Origin: Myxococcales bacterium | Lineage (GTDB): Bacteria > Myxococcota_A > Polyangia > Polyangiales > Polyangiaceae | Assembly (NCBI GenBank): GCA_043747615.1 | Contig: JAYTOU010000003.1 | Coordinates: forward strand, 1 to 64,000 | Direction: 5' to 3' | Length of the DNA: 64,000 nucleotides | Shown: piece by piece, positions 9,848 to 21,507 of the stretch | Layout of the letters: every line of letters starts with the position of its first letter | How positions within the stretch are numbered: the first letter of the stretch is position 1 | Notes under the pieces: generated by a model | Told to the model about the DNA's origin: nothing | Database searches by the model: none | Seen by the model: the letters and a program-made list of their open reading frames with translations, nothing else | Program-made: the position numbers and the translations under genes

Positions 9848-10639
9848 TTACTGCGGTGAGGCTCGAAGCTCAAAGCTTACGTCCGCCACGTTGGCGACCT
9901 TGGTTCCGAGGAGAGAGAAGGATCCTTGGGCGAGCTTTCCGACCGGGTCGCGGGGTTTGACCTCGTGCTCTGCCAGCGTGATGTGCAGGGGCGTCTTCGT
10001 CTTGATGTCGACCCTCGTGGGCTTCGAATCCGCAGCAGCACCCGCGGGGTAATGAAACGCCGCTTGCAGCACTGCGTCCTTCGCTATCTTGTGGCCATGG
10101 AGCAGAAATTCTCCGTGCGACGTAAGGGTCACGGTGCGAACGTCGTCCGAACCGTCTTTCGTTGGCGACACCGTAGCGATGTCCGTTGCGCTGAGGCCGT
10201 CGATGGAACGAATGGCGTACACGACCCAGCGTTCCTGCTCGCGCATGGCGGGTGTGGACTTGTCGCTCACCTCGAGCCAGGTGAGCGCGTGCTCGGTCTG
10301 AGCCTCGTTTTTTGCCGTATCGTCGAACGTCTTCGTCTTGAGCGTGGTCAGATCAACCTTTACCTCGCCGCGCGTATTCGCGAGGTTGGTGAGATCCACC
10401 TCGAGCGCCCCGCCCATGACCTCGGTGTCTGCCTTGATGCGCTCCTTGGGGGCAGGCATATCGATCGTCGTTTTGCCCTTGGCCTCCACTGCGAACTTGA
10501 TGGCCTTCGCGCTCGCCGACGACGTAGCCAGAGCTGTCGCCGACGCAGCGGGGGCCACGTCTGGCTCTTTCTTGCCGCAGCTCGGGAGGAGAAAGCAGCA
10601 GCCGGAAATCACGATAAAACAGCCTAGTAGCGTCTGCAT
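9848..10639 (-). CDS. YceI-like lipoprotein
   Basis: Lipobox LPS-C; GALEVDLTNLANTRGEVKVDLTTLKT and GEFLLHG resemble the YceI beta-barrel. Confidence 0.65.
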   Translation of the reverse strand: MQTLLGCFIVISGCCFLLPSCGKKEPDVAPAASATALATSSASAKAIKFAVEAKGKTTIDMPAPKERIKADTEVMGGALEVDLTNLANTRGEVKVDLTTLKTKTFDDTAKNEAQTEHALTWLEVSDKSTPAMREQERWVVYAIRSIDGLSATDIATVSPTKDGSDDVRTVTLTSHGEFLLHGHKIAKDAVLQAAFHYPAGAAADSKPTRVDIKTKTPLHITLAEHEVKPRDPVGKLAQGSFSLLGTKVANVADVSFELRASPQ

Positions 10640-10676
10640 CCTATTCTCCGGTTAGAGTCAAAACGGCGCCGCTCGC

Positions 10677-11597
10677 GTGTTAACGGCCTACGGCAGAAAG
10701 AGTTTCGACAGATCGACGAAGGCTACTACACCGGACGAGGTCATGCGAACCATCGCCGATGCCGTCGTCGCTCAGCGCCCCTGCCCGTGCGATTGCCACG
10801 AGACCCTCGCAGGCGAAGACCGCGTTCGTGGCATCAAGGCTCTCTATCTCTGTGACGACGCGCTCCGCGGCTGGGGCTACACGCCGATCTACGAGCTGCA
10901 CGGAGACGCATTGTGGAAGGAAGCGCAGCAGCGGAACGATCCGGCGTACCGCGGAGTCGCCGTCCGGTTCGGGGAGTGTCTCTACCGGCGTCTGCTCGGG
11001 AGCATGCTTCACGAGCTCCTCCACGCGTCGTTTGGCGACCGGTCGAAGGCGAACTACGGCCTTCCTTTTGGCTTACCTTACGGCGTTCCGAGCGCTCTTT
11101 CTGCGAGTGACGAGGAAGCGTACCTCGCGCCCTTCAACTTTTGCGAAGCGCGCTCCTTCGTCGGCGTGTGGGTCCTCGGTCGAGAGCTCTTCGGCATCGA
11201 CTGGGACGTGCGCACCGCGCGAGACATAGGAACGTACGGGTTCGTCGGCGGTAACGCGCTCGTGGCCGTTTCCAAGGGATTTCGCGCTGTGGCGCACATC
11301 GATCGAAACCACCACGCAGACCGCTACTACGCGCGAGGCAGGCGGATCGAAGAAGAAGCGCGCGCCTGGTTTGCCGACCGCGCCAACCTGGAGAGCGTCG
11401 TCGAAGGAGTCCGTGCTGCCGCAGACCGCGGCCACGTCACCCGCGCCACGCGCTATCCTGATCCAGAAAAAATCGGTCGCGCTCGTCCTGCCAAGATTGG
11501 GCGCAACGAACCGTGTGTTTGCGGGAGCGCAAAGAAATTCAAGGACTGCTGCGGCGCGGCAGGCGCGACGATTCGGTCGGCGACGAGCTCTCGGTAG
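10677..11597 (+). CDS. HExxH-motif protein with C-terminal SEC-C metal-binding motif (start may be ATG 10743)
   Basis: SMLHELLH, an N-terminal CPCDCH, and KIGRNEPCVCGSAKKFKDCCG. Confidence 0.75.
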   Translation: MLTAYGRKSFDRSTKATTPDEVMRTIADAVVAQRPCPCDCHETLAGEDRVRGIKALYLCDDALRGWGYTPIYELHGDALWKEAQQRNDPAYRGVAVRFGECLYRRLLGSMLHELLHASFGDRSKANYGLPFGLPYGVPSALSASDEEAYLAPFNFCEARSFVGVWVLGRELFGIDWDVRTARDIGTYGFVGGNALVAVSKGFRAVAHIDRNHHADRYYARGRRIEEEARAWFADRANLESVVEGVRAAADRGHVTRATRYPDPEKIGRARPAKIGRNEPCVCGSAKKFKDCCGAAGATIRSATSSR

Positions 11598-11602
11598 AAG
11601 TG

Positions 11603-13066
11603 TCATCGTCCTGAACGAAGTGCAGCGACGAGGCGACGGACCGCTTCTTGGAGCTCCTTCTCGTCGAGCTGGGCGAAGCCGAAACGCACGGAATTTCTCG
11701 AGCGGCCATCGAACGCGAAATAGCGAGCTGCTTGGAACGAGACCCCGCAGGTGAGCGCGCGCTCACTCCAGGCGTCCACGTCGATCGAAGAGTCGACCTT
11801 CGCCCATAGTGCGGTTCCCCCCGGCGGCGGCTCGAACGAGAGACGATCCCCGAACGCGTTCCCGAGCGCTTCCACCAGAACGTCCCGTCTCGTAGCGTAC
11901 ACACGCCGCACGCGACGAACGTGACGCTGCACGTCGCCATCTTCGAGGAGCTCGCCAACCGCCGAGTCGAGCGGCAGATCTCCCTGCCGGTCCACATGCG
12001 CCCGCACGCGCGCCAGGCGCTCCACCAGCGCTTCGGGGGCAACGACATATCCAATGCGCAGCCCAGGCGCGAGCACCTTGGACAGGGTACCGATGTAGAC
12101 CACCACGCCCGCGTGATCGGCGCTGGCCAGGGGCAGAATGGGACGACCGTTGTAGTGGAACTCGTGATCGTAATCGTCCTCGAGCACCGCGATCCGCTCG
12201 CGCGCTGCGAGAGTCAGAAGCTCGATGCGCCGTCCCGCGGAGAGCGCCACGGTCGTCGGATACTGGTGATGCGGCGTCACGTACACGAGGCGCACCCGCT
12301 CGGTCTTCACGAGCTTCTCCAGGGCATCGACGCGCAGCCCACGCTCGTCCACGGGGAGCGGCACGAGGCGTGCGCCCGCCGCGCGAAAAGCCTCCCACGC
12401 CCAGCGGTACCCGAGCGCTTCAACGGCGACGACGTCTCCCGGCGCGACCAGCGTGCGAGCCACGAGATCGAGCGCCATCTGACTTCCGCGCGTCACGAAT
12501 ACCGTGTCCTCGGATGCCGTCAGGCCACGCGTCGCCGAGAGCATCTTGCCGAGCGCTGCGCGAAGGACGCGCGGGCCCCGCGGGTCGCCGTAGCCGAGGA
12601 GCGAACGCGCACGGAGCGCTCGCCGAAACGCACGCGCCAAGGGAGCGGTGGGAATGAGGCGCACGTCAGGAATGCCGCCGCTCAAGCTGAGCACGTGGGG
12701 ACCGACCGTCACCGGTGAGAGATCGGGGCCCAGCGGTCCGACGTCGTATCCCACGCGCGCCGGCATCGCGCGCCGCGTAGCGGAGAAGCGTCGCCCGGAG
12801 ACTTCGGGAAGCTCGGTGGAGACGAAGGTCCCTCGCGCCGGTTCCACTGTGAGCCACCCCTCGGCGACGAGCTCTCGGTAGGCCGCGAGCACAGTGTTGC
12901 GATGAGTTCCCGCCGAGACGGCGAGCGAGCGGCTGCCGGGAAGCTCGTCTCCAGGACGGAGGCGCCCGCGTCGCACGTCGTCCACGACCGAGCGTGCGAT
13001 TTGCAAAAAAAGAGGCTCTTTCGCCGATGGATTGAGGGCGAGCTCGAAGCGCCAACGGGATTTCAT
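11603..13066 (-). CDS. MocR/GabR-family (GntR HTH + PLP aminotransferase-like) transcriptional regulator
   Basis: PLFLQIA...LRPGDELPGSRSLA...HRNTV, YVTPHHQYPT, EDDYD, GTLSKVLAPGLRIGY; ATG 13066 overlaps the upstream stop (ATGA). Confidence 0.93.
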   Translation of the reverse strand: MKSRWRFELALNPSAKEPLFLQIARSVVDDVRRGRLRPGDELPGSRSLAVSAGTHRNTVLAAYRELVAEGWLTVEPARGTFVSTELPEVSGRRFSATRRAMPARVGYDVGPLGPDLSPVTVGPHVLSLSGGIPDVRLIPTAPLARAFRRALRARSLLGYGDPRGPRVLRAALGKMLSATRGLTASEDTVFVTRGSQMALDLVARTLVAPGDVVAVEALGYRWAWEAFRAAGARLVPLPVDERGLRVDALEKLVKTERVRLVYVTPHHQYPTTVALSAGRRIELLTLAARERIAVLEDDYDHEFHYNGRPILPLASADHAGVVVYIGTLSKVLAPGLRIGYVVAPEALVERLARVRAHVDRQGDLPLDSAVGELLEDGDVQRHVRRVRRVYATRRDVLVEALGNAFGDRLSFEPPPGGTALWAKVDSSIDVDAWSERALTCGVSFQAARYFAFDGRSRNSVRFGFAQLDEKELQEAVRRLVAALRSGR

Positions 13067-14172
13067 TTCAACAGAGCGCCCATCAGGCCGGCCATCACGA
13101 GGGGGAGCGCCGGGCTCGTTCGCGGCGAGAGGACCCGCAGAACGAACGCGCCGACCGCGACCCCGAATGCCAACGAAGAGTGCACGGCAACCGCGAAGAG
13201 CGCGAAGCTCGCCGCAGCGATGACGCCGACCACTGCTGCTGCGATGCCGCGAAGGAACCCCTGAAGGATCTCGCTCTCTCGAAAGGATGCGATCGAGCGC
13301 GCGGCAAAGATCGTCACCACGAAGGGAGGAACGAAGACCCCCAACGTCGCCGAGAGCGCGCCCGCGAACCCCGCCACGCGGTAGCCAATGAACGTCGCGC
13401 TCGTGGCGATCGGTCCTGGCGTGATCTGCGAGAGCGCAATGGCATCGGCGAACGTAGCGTCGTCGAGCCACTGGCGCGCAGTGACTTCACGAGCGATCGC
13501 CGGAATCATCGCTAGCCCTCCGCCGAAAGTCGCGACACCGATCTTCGCGAAGACGAGAAAGAGAGCGACGACCGCGGGAAGGGCGCTGCCCACGATCCCT
13601 GGTGGAACGACCAAGCAGATCACGGCCTTCTCCGTCGCACGCGCGGCGCGCGGCCGCATGCCGACGATGCCCGCCATACCGGCGAGCACCACGACCTCGA
13701 GAAGCGTGAGGGCGTGCGTGGCGAGAGCGATCGTCGCGGCGACCGCCACCAGCCAATCGCGGCTTCGCCTAATCGATCCCTTGCGGAGCTCGAGCACCAG
13801 GGCGGCAACGACGCCCACCATGGCCGCGCTCATGCCATCGAGCGCTCCTCCCAAGATCCGGAGGCTGCGGAGGTGATCGTAGATCGCCGCGAACGTGGCC
13901 ATCAAGACGATGCTCGGCAGCGCGTAACTCACCGTCCCAGCGAGAGCGGGCCCCCACCCACCGAGGCGGTAGCCCAGGAGGGTCACCAGGTTCGTGGCGA
14001 TCGTCCCCGGAAGCGCATTGGCGACAGCGGCGTCCTCGGCAAACGCCGCTTCATCGAGCCACTTGCGATCATCCACGAGCGCGCGCTTCATTCGCGCCAT
14101 CACCACGTACGCGCCGCCGAATCCCAGTCCGCCGAGGACGAGGGTCAGCGCGGCAAATCGCGTGGTCGACAT
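13063..14172 (-). CDS. chrA: Chromate transporter (ChrA/CHR family, two-domain)
   Basis: Two homologous halves: GFGG...WLDEAAFAED..NALPG and TFGGG...WLDDATFADAIALSQITPGP. Confidence 0.85.
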   Translation of the reverse strand: MSTTRFAALTLVLGGLGFGGAYVVMARMKRALVDDRKWLDEAAFAEDAAVANALPGTIATNLVTLLGYRLGGWGPALAGTVSYALPSIVLMATFAAIYDHLRSLRILGGALDGMSAAMVGVVAALVLELRKGSIRRSRDWLVAVAATIALATHALTLLEVVVLAGMAGIVGMRPRAARATEKAVICLVVPPGIVGSALPAVVALFLVFAKIGVATFGGGLAMIPAIAREVTARQWLDDATFADAIALSQITPGPIATSATFIGYRVAGFAGALSATLGVFVPPFVVTIFAARSIASFRESEILQGFLRGIAAAVVGVIAAASFALFAVAVHSSLAFGVAVGAFVLRVLSPRTSPALPLVMAGLMGALLK

Positions 14173-14207
14173 CGGCTGCTCTTGCAGACGTCGGGAATTC
14201 TCCTGGT

Positions 14208-15803
<1,596 letters not shown>

Positions 15804-15856
15804 GTTCGTCTCCGTTGGGCGTTGCGTTTAAAATAGTGCGAAGCGCCCTCAGGCCG

Positions 15857-16531
15857 CTAAGAGCGGAAGAGAACGATGCCGTCCTGCACGAGATCGTAGA
15901 GAACCTTCAGCGCCTCAGCGCGCGGCATCGCGCATAGATCGAGAATCACCTCGACGCTGGAGCTCCCGTCGATGAGCGACAAAAGAAATCCCGCTTTGTG
16001 ATTGAGCCCACAACCGAGCAGCGTGCCGGGCAGAACGTCTACTGCCGGGACGCGTTTCAGTGAGGCGACGCCGAAGATCTTGAGCGTTTCGAGCGCAGTC
16101 CGGCATTCCTCTGCGCAGAGCGACACCTCGAGATCGTCAGGTCGGTTGCGCAGGATGTCGTGAGCGAGCCGGAGCGCGCCGTCGTAGTCCCTGGCCTTGA
16201 ACTTTGGGCGGAGCTCGCTGACGAGCGGGTCCGTCTTCGGCGTCTTCGCGTGCGGAACGGCCGTGGGGGCAGTCGCAGCTGCGACCGGCGCGGGCTGCGG
16301 AGCGAACTCGTAGGCCGGCGTCTGCATGCGCATGGCCAGGCGTGCGCGGCAGGTCTTGGCGTAGTAGAGCGCTTCGACGTCCGAGGGTCGGTCTTTCAGA
16401 ATGCGTTCGGCAAAGCGCAGGACGCCGTCGAAGTCCTTGCGCTCGAACCGCACACGCAGCTCCTCTTCCTCCGACGACGTGCCTTCGTGGGCCACGCGTT
16501 CGCGCGGGGTGGGGCGGTCCTTGCCGGTCAT
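15857..16531 (-). CDS. Hypothetical protein: two TPR-like helical repeats plus C-terminal winged-helix-like segment
   Basis: Internal duplication (RKDFDGVLRFAERILKDRPSD / ARDYDGALRLAHDILRNRPDD); C-terminal GFLLSLIDGSSSVEVILDLCAMPRAEALKVLYDLVQDG. Start uncertain (16531 or 16570). Confidence 0.65.
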   Translation of the reverse strand: MTGKDRPTPRERVAHEGTSSEEEELRVRFERKDFDGVLRFAERILKDRPSDVEALYYAKTCRARLAMRMQTPAYEFAPQPAPVAAATAPTAVPHAKTPKTDPLVSELRPKFKARDYDGALRLAHDILRNRPDDLEVSLCAEECRTALETLKIFGVASLKRVPAVDVLPGTLLGCGLNHKAGFLLSLIDGSSSVEVILDLCAMPRAEALKVLYDLVQDGIVLFRS

Positions 16532-16763
16532 GGGCAAATCCAGCGGCACATCGGCCCTAGGACTTATCACAACTACGCCGGCTTAGCGCGGTGCTAGAGC
16601 AACAGTTTCATAAATCGCCCTCGGATACAGCACGGAGCTGCACCGAATTGAAAGAGGCTGAAAAAGTGACTTTGGGATGCATGCAAAGTGCACCCATCGG
16701 CATGGTAGTGCACCCCGAGGCACCGCGTGCATCATCACCGTCGCGATGCCTTGGTCGCGAACC

Positions 16764-17954
16764 CTAGAACGTCGACATCGAGTGGCCCGACCGGGCGCTG
16801 GGGCCGGTGCTCGAAACCTGCGTCCAGCTCGTGCCGTTCCACGTCCACGTGTCCCCCAGCTGCCCGACGGAGACTCCTCCGCCGAACAAAACGAGCTTGT
16901 CCTCGAGGGCCGCCATCGCATGCCCATCGCGCGGGCTCGGCCCCGCGACGACGCGCTCATTCCAGCTGACGCCGTTCCACTCCCACGTGTCCGCAAGCCG
17001 CGCGCCCGCGCTGTCGATACCTCCGAAAAGGACGATCTTGCTCCCGAGCGTCGCCATAGTGTGTCCGATGCGCGCGCTTGGCCCCGCGACGACGAGTTGG
17101 CTCCAGCTCGCGCCGTCCCACTGCCACGTGTCTCCGAGCCGTCCACTTGAAGAGCCTCCAAGCTCACTGGTCGTGCCTCCAAAAAGGATGATTTTCGTGC
17201 CGAGGGTAGCCATGGCGTGACCATGCCGTGGCCCCGCGCCGGCTGTAGTGATCGCACTCCAGTTCATGCCATCAAACTGCCACGTGTCGCCGAAGTTCGA
17301 GCTGTACTCGCCCCCGTAGAGGAGGATCTTTCCGCCGATCGAGGCCATCGCCGCCAGCGTCCGAGCATGAGGCGGCGGATTGGCCAACGACAGCCGGCCC
17401 CAGCTCGTCCCGTCCCACAGCCAGGTGTCACCGATAATGGAGCTGGCTTCTCCTCCGAAGATTACCGCGCTCGCACCGAGCACCGCCATGCTCTGACAAA
17501 CACGGGCCGGTCCCGTGCTCGAGAGTTGGGTCCACGTTGCGCCGTTCCATCTCCAGGTATCGCCGAAGTCGATAGAGCCGCCGCTGCCACCGAACATCAG
17601 CACGCCAGGTCCCGTGCTTGCGTCGGCTAAAACGATGCACGCGCCGGCCGAAGGCGTGAAGCCTGCGTGACACGTGAATCCGCAGGAAGTGCCGTCACAC
17701 GTCGATTCGGCGTTGCTCGGCGCGACGCAGGGAGCACACGATGCGCCGCAGCTCTTAATACTTGTCGTCTGCATGCATGTGCCGGATCCGTCCACGACGC
17801 TCGCACCGTCCGGAGAGCGACCCGCGCCTCCGTCCTCCGGCGCAGCTGCCTCCGCGACGCTCGGCTGGTCTGCGCTCGAGCCACATCCGGTAATTAATGC
17901 CTGGCCCATCAGCCCAGCCAACGCGATCACGATGCACTGATTTCTTCCGAACAT
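16764..17954 (-). CDS. Lipoprotein with Cys-rich (EGF-like) module and kelch-type beta-propeller
   Basis: Lipobox ITG-C; CGASCAPC...CDGTSCGFTCHAGF; about 6 repeats of MAxLGxKxxLFGG...DTWxWxGxxW. Confidence 0.85.
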   Translation of the reverse strand: MFGRNQCIVIALAGLMGQALITGCGSSADQPSVAEAAAPEDGGAGRSPDGASVVDGSGTCMQTTSIKSCGASCAPCVAPSNAESTCDGTSCGFTCHAGFTPSAGACIVLADASTGPGVLMFGGSGGSIDFGDTWRWNGATWTQLSSTGPARVCQSMAVLGASAVIFGGEASSIIGDTWLWDGTSWGRLSLANPPPHARTLAAMASIGGKILLYGGEYSSNFGDTWQFDGMNWSAITTAGAGPRHGHAMATLGTKIILFGGTTSELGGSSSGRLGDTWQWDGASWSQLVVAGPSARIGHTMATLGSKIVLFGGIDSAGARLADTWEWNGVSWNERVVAGPSPRDGHAMAALEDKLVLFGGGVSVGQLGDTWTWNGTSWTQVSSTGPSARSGHSMSTF

Positions 17955-18004
17955 GCCAAGCCTCCGATGAACCGAGCGCAACTCGCGCGCGGACCGGTCG
18001 CTTT

Positions 18005-18020
18005 TGCAACATGCACGCCA
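18005..18020 (-). promoter_or_regulatory. Sigma54-type -24/-12 promoter upstream of the kelch lipoprotein
   Basis: Minus strand TGGCGTGCATGTTGCA: GG-N10-GC with TTGC, about 50 nt upstream of ATG 17954. Confidence 0.6.
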
Positions 18021-18137
18021 CCGCCGTGCCCCGAGAAACCCGGAGGTTCGGGATCGAAGTGAACGCGCAGTCACAGCGACAGCGTAGTTGTTCGCGGTGC
18101 CTGACACGAAGCTCTGCGAGCCGAGCCAGCCCCGGCG

Positions 18138-19721
18138 TCAGACGAGGCGGCCGACCTTTTTCTCGACGGCGTTCACGAGCTCGCCGGAGGCAACGAGGAC
18201 GGCGACGGCTTCGATGTCCCGGTACAGCGGCCGATCCTCGGTCATCGGCGCTACCTTCGCGCGGATGGCTGCGTGTGCGGCCTGCACGCCCGTGCTTGGT
18301 TTTAGAGGCTTTCGCTGATCGATCCCCGCCGCGGCCGTCATCAGCTCGATGGCCAAGCAGTTCTTCACGTTCACCACCACGTCGCGGAGCTTCTTGGCGC
18401 TAACGCTTCCCATGCTGACGTGATCTTCTTTTCCGGCGGACGACGGAATCGAATCCACGCTCGCCGGATGACACAGCACTTTGTTTTCGCTTACGAGCGA
18501 GGCGCTTGCCACTTGGGCGATCATGAAGCCTGAGTGGAGCCCGCTGCCCGCGGCAAGAAACGGAGTGAGACCGGTGGAGAGCGCAGGGTTCACCAGCTGC
18601 TCCACCCGCCGCTCGCTGATGTTGGCGAGCTCAGCGACCGCGATCGCGGCCAGGTCGAGCGCGATCGCCAGCGGTTGTCCGTGAAAGTTCCCGCCGCTAA
18701 GGATCTCCGCCTCGCCATTCTCATCGAGAAAAACACTGGGATTGTCGGTCACACTATTGAGCTCGCGCGCGAGCACGTCCCGCACCCAGCCCAGTGCGTC
18801 GCGCGAGGCGCCATGAACGGCGGGCATGCAGCGAAGTGAATACGCGTCCTGCACTTTGCCGCAGTCACGATGACTCTCGGCGATCTCGCTGTCGGTGAGG
18901 AGCCGGCGGAGATTGCTCGCGACCTGCGCTTGCCCCGGATGGGGACGCGCGTTCTGCAGGCGCTCGTCGAAGGGGCGCGTGGTTCCCTTCAGCGCTTCGA
19001 GGCTCATCGCCCCAGCCACGTCGGCGGCCGTCGCCAGGCGCTCCGCTTCGAGGACCGCGAGCGTTCCCAGTGACGCCATCAGCTGCGTGCCGTTGATGAG
19101 CGCGAGCCCCTCTTTTGCTTCGAGCACCAGCGGCGCGGCGCCCGCCTCTTTCAGGGCTTCCAGGCTGGGCAGGTGCTCGGGACGATACCCTGGGCGGCCG
19201 TAGAGCCCAACCTCGCGATCGACGGAGGCCTCCCCTTCTCCGATCATAGCGAGGGCGAGGTGCGCGAGCGGCGCGAGATCACCCGACGCGCCCACCGAAC
19301 CCTGGACGGGGATCCGCGGATGAACGCCGGCGTTGAGCATCTCCAGGAGGAGCTCGATCAACGCTACGCGCACGCCCGAATGACCGAGGGCGAGGACCTG
19401 CGCCCGAAGGAGCATCATCCCGCGCACCTCCGGGATCGCCAGGTCTGGGCCTACGCCGGTGGAGTGCGAGCGCACGAGATTTCGCTGCAGGGCGCGAATG
19501 TCACCCGCCGAGATCCGGGTCTCGCTGAGAGCACCGAAGCCGGTGTTGATCCCGTAGACCCGGGGCGCGTCGTCACCCGCGGCTACGATTTTCTCGACGG
19601 CCACCCGCGACGCCGCTGCCTTTTTTCTGGCTTCCGGGTCGAGCAGCGCGCGGCGGCCGCGGACGGCGACGTCTTCGAGATCACGCAGCGTTATCGGCTT
19701 TCCAACGAAGACGGGTTCCAT
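18138..19721 (-). CDS. hutH: Histidine ammonia-lyase
   Basis: [14 protein letters not shown] (His-type specificity residues), [12 protein letters not shown] (MIO-forming ASG), [14 protein letters not shown]. Start taken at MEPVFVG; the 1006-aa ORF extension is antisense to the next gene. Confidence 0.96.
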   Translation of the reverse strand: MEPVFVGKPITLRDLEDVAVRGRRALLDPEARKKAAASRVAVEKIVAAGDDAPRVYGINTGFGALSETRISAGDIRALQRNLVRSHSTGVGPDLAIPEVRGMMLLRAQVLALGHSGVRVALIELLLEMLNAGVHPRIPVQGSVGASGDLAPLAHLALAMIGEGEASVDREVGLYGRPGYRPEHLPSLEALKEAGAAPLVLEAKEGLALINGTQLMASLGTLAVLEAERLATAADVAGAMSLEALKGTTRPFDERLQNARPHPGQAQVASNLRRLLTDSEIAESHRDCGKVQDAYSLRCMPAVHGASRDALGWVRDVLARELNSVTDNPSVFLDENGEAEILSGGNFHGQPLAIALDLAAIAVAELANISERRVEQLVNPALSTGLTPFLAAGSGLHSGFMIAQVASASLVSENKVLCHPASVDSIPSSAGKEDHVSMGSVSAKKLRDVVVNVKNCLAIELMTAAAGIDQRKPLKPSTGVQAAHAAIRAKVAPMTEDRPLYRDIEAVAVLVASGELVNAVEKKVGRLV

Positions 19722-19829
19722 ACCCCTGCCCTCGTAACGTGGAGCGGTGGCTCTCGCAAGGAGGGCGCATGAGATAGCGCACCGGGTGTTATGCTCGCGC
19801 GCCGTGGACCTCCGGAAAGACCAAAAGTA

Positions 19830-21494
19830 ATGGCGCACGTGCGTTTGCGATGGCTCGCAGGAGCTCTTCTTTTGACACTCGCGCGGTCGGCGAGCGCAGA
19901 AGACGTGCCTGAGGATCTCCCCCGCCTCGTGCTCGACACCGGCAGACCGCCCGTCAAGCCGGCAGAGCCGGATCTGATCCGCTTCCAGCTCAACGGCGAA
20001 TACCAGCTCCGGTACGAGCATCTGCGCAGCTTCCCCCTCGACGTCTCGACCACCGTCGCCAACCAGAAGCCGGGCGCGCTCGAAGACTCGCTCGGTCAGA
20101 AAAATTTCGGCTACCACTGGCTTCGATTCACGCCGCGGCTCCAGCTCCGCGAGGAAGTGCAGATCGTCGCGCAGCTCGACGTGGTGAGCGGGATGGTTCT
20201 CGGCGATCTCGCGCACGACACGTTCGCGGACAACACGCCGCGCGACAATTACGACGGCTTTCGCAACATCCAAGGGCGCTGGCTCTACGCCGAGCTCAAG
20301 ACCAAAATCGGTGTGTTTCGGGTCGGACAGCAGCCGAGCCACTGGGGCATGGGGATCCTTGCGAACGACGGCGATCACCCGTCGCTCTTCGGCGACTACC
20401 GCTACGGCAGCATCAGCGAGCGCATGCTCTTCGCCACCAAGCCGCTCGGAAAGGAGAGCCCGCTCACCGTCGCCGTCGCAGGAGATCTCGTCTACCAAGA
20501 CCAAACCGCCGATCTGTCGCGCGGTGATCAAGCCTTCCAGGGCGTCTTCGCTGCGTTCTACGAGAAAGGCCCGAATCAGCTCGGCATCTACGCCGTCTAT
20601 CGCAACCAGACCAACAACAAGACCTCCGGATCGAACCTCTTCACCTACGAAGATCGCCTGGAGGTCGCCGTCCTCGACGCAGCGGGAAAATTCGCGGCGC
20701 CCGTTCCCGGCAGCCCGAACGCGTTCGTTTTCGGAGCTGCGGAAGGCGCGGTCATCGTCGGGTCGACGAACCTGCTGCGCACGCCCGATCAAGCGCGAAG
20801 CGGAAGGGACACGACCGTGCAATCGTACGGAGGCGCAGCTCAGCTCGGCGTCCTTCATCGCAGGAAGGGCCCCGGCACCACCTCGTACGGCGAGAAAGAT
20901 CCGGCGACGTTCGGCGATATGGTGGGGCAGGTCGAGATCGGCTACGCGTCGGGCGATGCAGATCCGTACGACGGCACGGAGAAGCGCTTCACGTTCAACG
21001 CGAACCACAAGGTCGGGCTCCTCCTCTTCGATGAGGTGATGCGCTTCCAGACCGCACGCTCGGCTTCCGCGGCGCAGGACCCGCTCCTGTCGAACGCCGC
21101 GAGACCCACCCCCGGAGTGCAGCTTCTCTCCTCCAATGGTGCGGTGTTCGGTGCACAATACATCAATCCGACTTTTATCTATCGCCCGCGGTATTGGCTC
21201 GATTTCAAGGGCGGAATGGTCGTCGCCCAGACCACGGCCGACTATGTGGATCCCTATCGCCTCGCGTCAAAAGGGTCCTACACGAACTACCGCGGAGGCG
21301 AACCGACCAGGCACGACCTCGGCATCGAGCTCGACGCAGGCTTCGAAGCGCGCATCCCGCTCCAGTACAAGATCACGCTGGTGCTCGGCGCGCAGGGTGG
21401 CGTGCTCTTCCCGGGCGGAGCACTCGCCAACGACCGCGGTGAGAAAATGAAGACGCCTTGGCTCGCGCTAGGCCGGCTCGGCCTCATCTTCTAG
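19830..21494 (+). CDS. Outer-membrane beta-barrel protein (porin/alginate-export-like)
   Basis: Signal peptide (ASA-E), alternating beta-strand pattern, [22 protein letters not shown]-terminal Phe (RLGLIF). Confidence 0.7.
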   Translation: MAHVRLRWLAGALLLTLARSASAEDVPEDLPRLVLDTGRPPVKPAEPDLIRFQLNGEYQLRYEHLRSFPLDVSTTVANQKPGALEDSLGQKNFGYHWLRFTPRLQLREEVQIVAQLDVVSGMVLGDLAHDTFADNTPRDNYDGFRNIQGRWLYAELKTKIGVFRVGQQPSHWGMGILANDGDHPSLFGDYRYGSISERMLFATKPLGKESPLTVAVAGDLVYQDQTADLSRGDQAFQGVFAAFYEKGPNQLGIYAVYRNQTNNKTSGSNLFTYEDRLEVAVLDAAGKFAAPVPGSPNAFVFGAAEGAVIVGSTNLLRTPDQARSGRDTTVQSYGGAAQLGVLHRRKGPGTTSYGEKDPATFGDMVGQVEIGYASGDADPYDGTEKRFTFNANHKVGLLLFDEVMRFQTARSASAAQDPLLSNAARPTPGVQLLSSNGAVFGAQYINPTFIYRPRYWLDFKGGMVVAQTTADYVDPYRLASKGSYTNYRGGEPTRHDLGIELDAGFEARIPLQYKITLVLGAQGGVLFPGGALANDRGEKMKTPWLALGRLGLIF

Positions 21495-21507
21495 AAAGCA
21501 CCCCCCG

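Noticed and set aside
11603..13471. 622-aa version of the MocR regulator
   Set aside because: The extension overlaps chrA in another frame and is Arg-rich nonsense; the HTH begins after ATG 13066.
16590..16760. AT-richer intergenic stretch with GAAA...GGGATGCATGCAAAG, superficially like a c-di-GMP-I riboswitch
   Set aside because: I could not build the required P1/P2 pairing, and the motif is on the strand opposite the flanking genes. An Rfam/Infernal search would settle it.
16764..17600. Regularly spaced similar DNA segments resembling a repeat array
   Set aside because: They are explained by kelch protein repeats. There are no identical direct repeats with unique spacers and no cas genes, so this is not CRISPR.
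18138..21158. 1006-aa ORF suggesting a large N-terminal fusion to HutH
   Set aside because: The first ~479 aa are the antisense shadow of the plus-strand OM barrel gene; HutH homology starts at ATG 19721.
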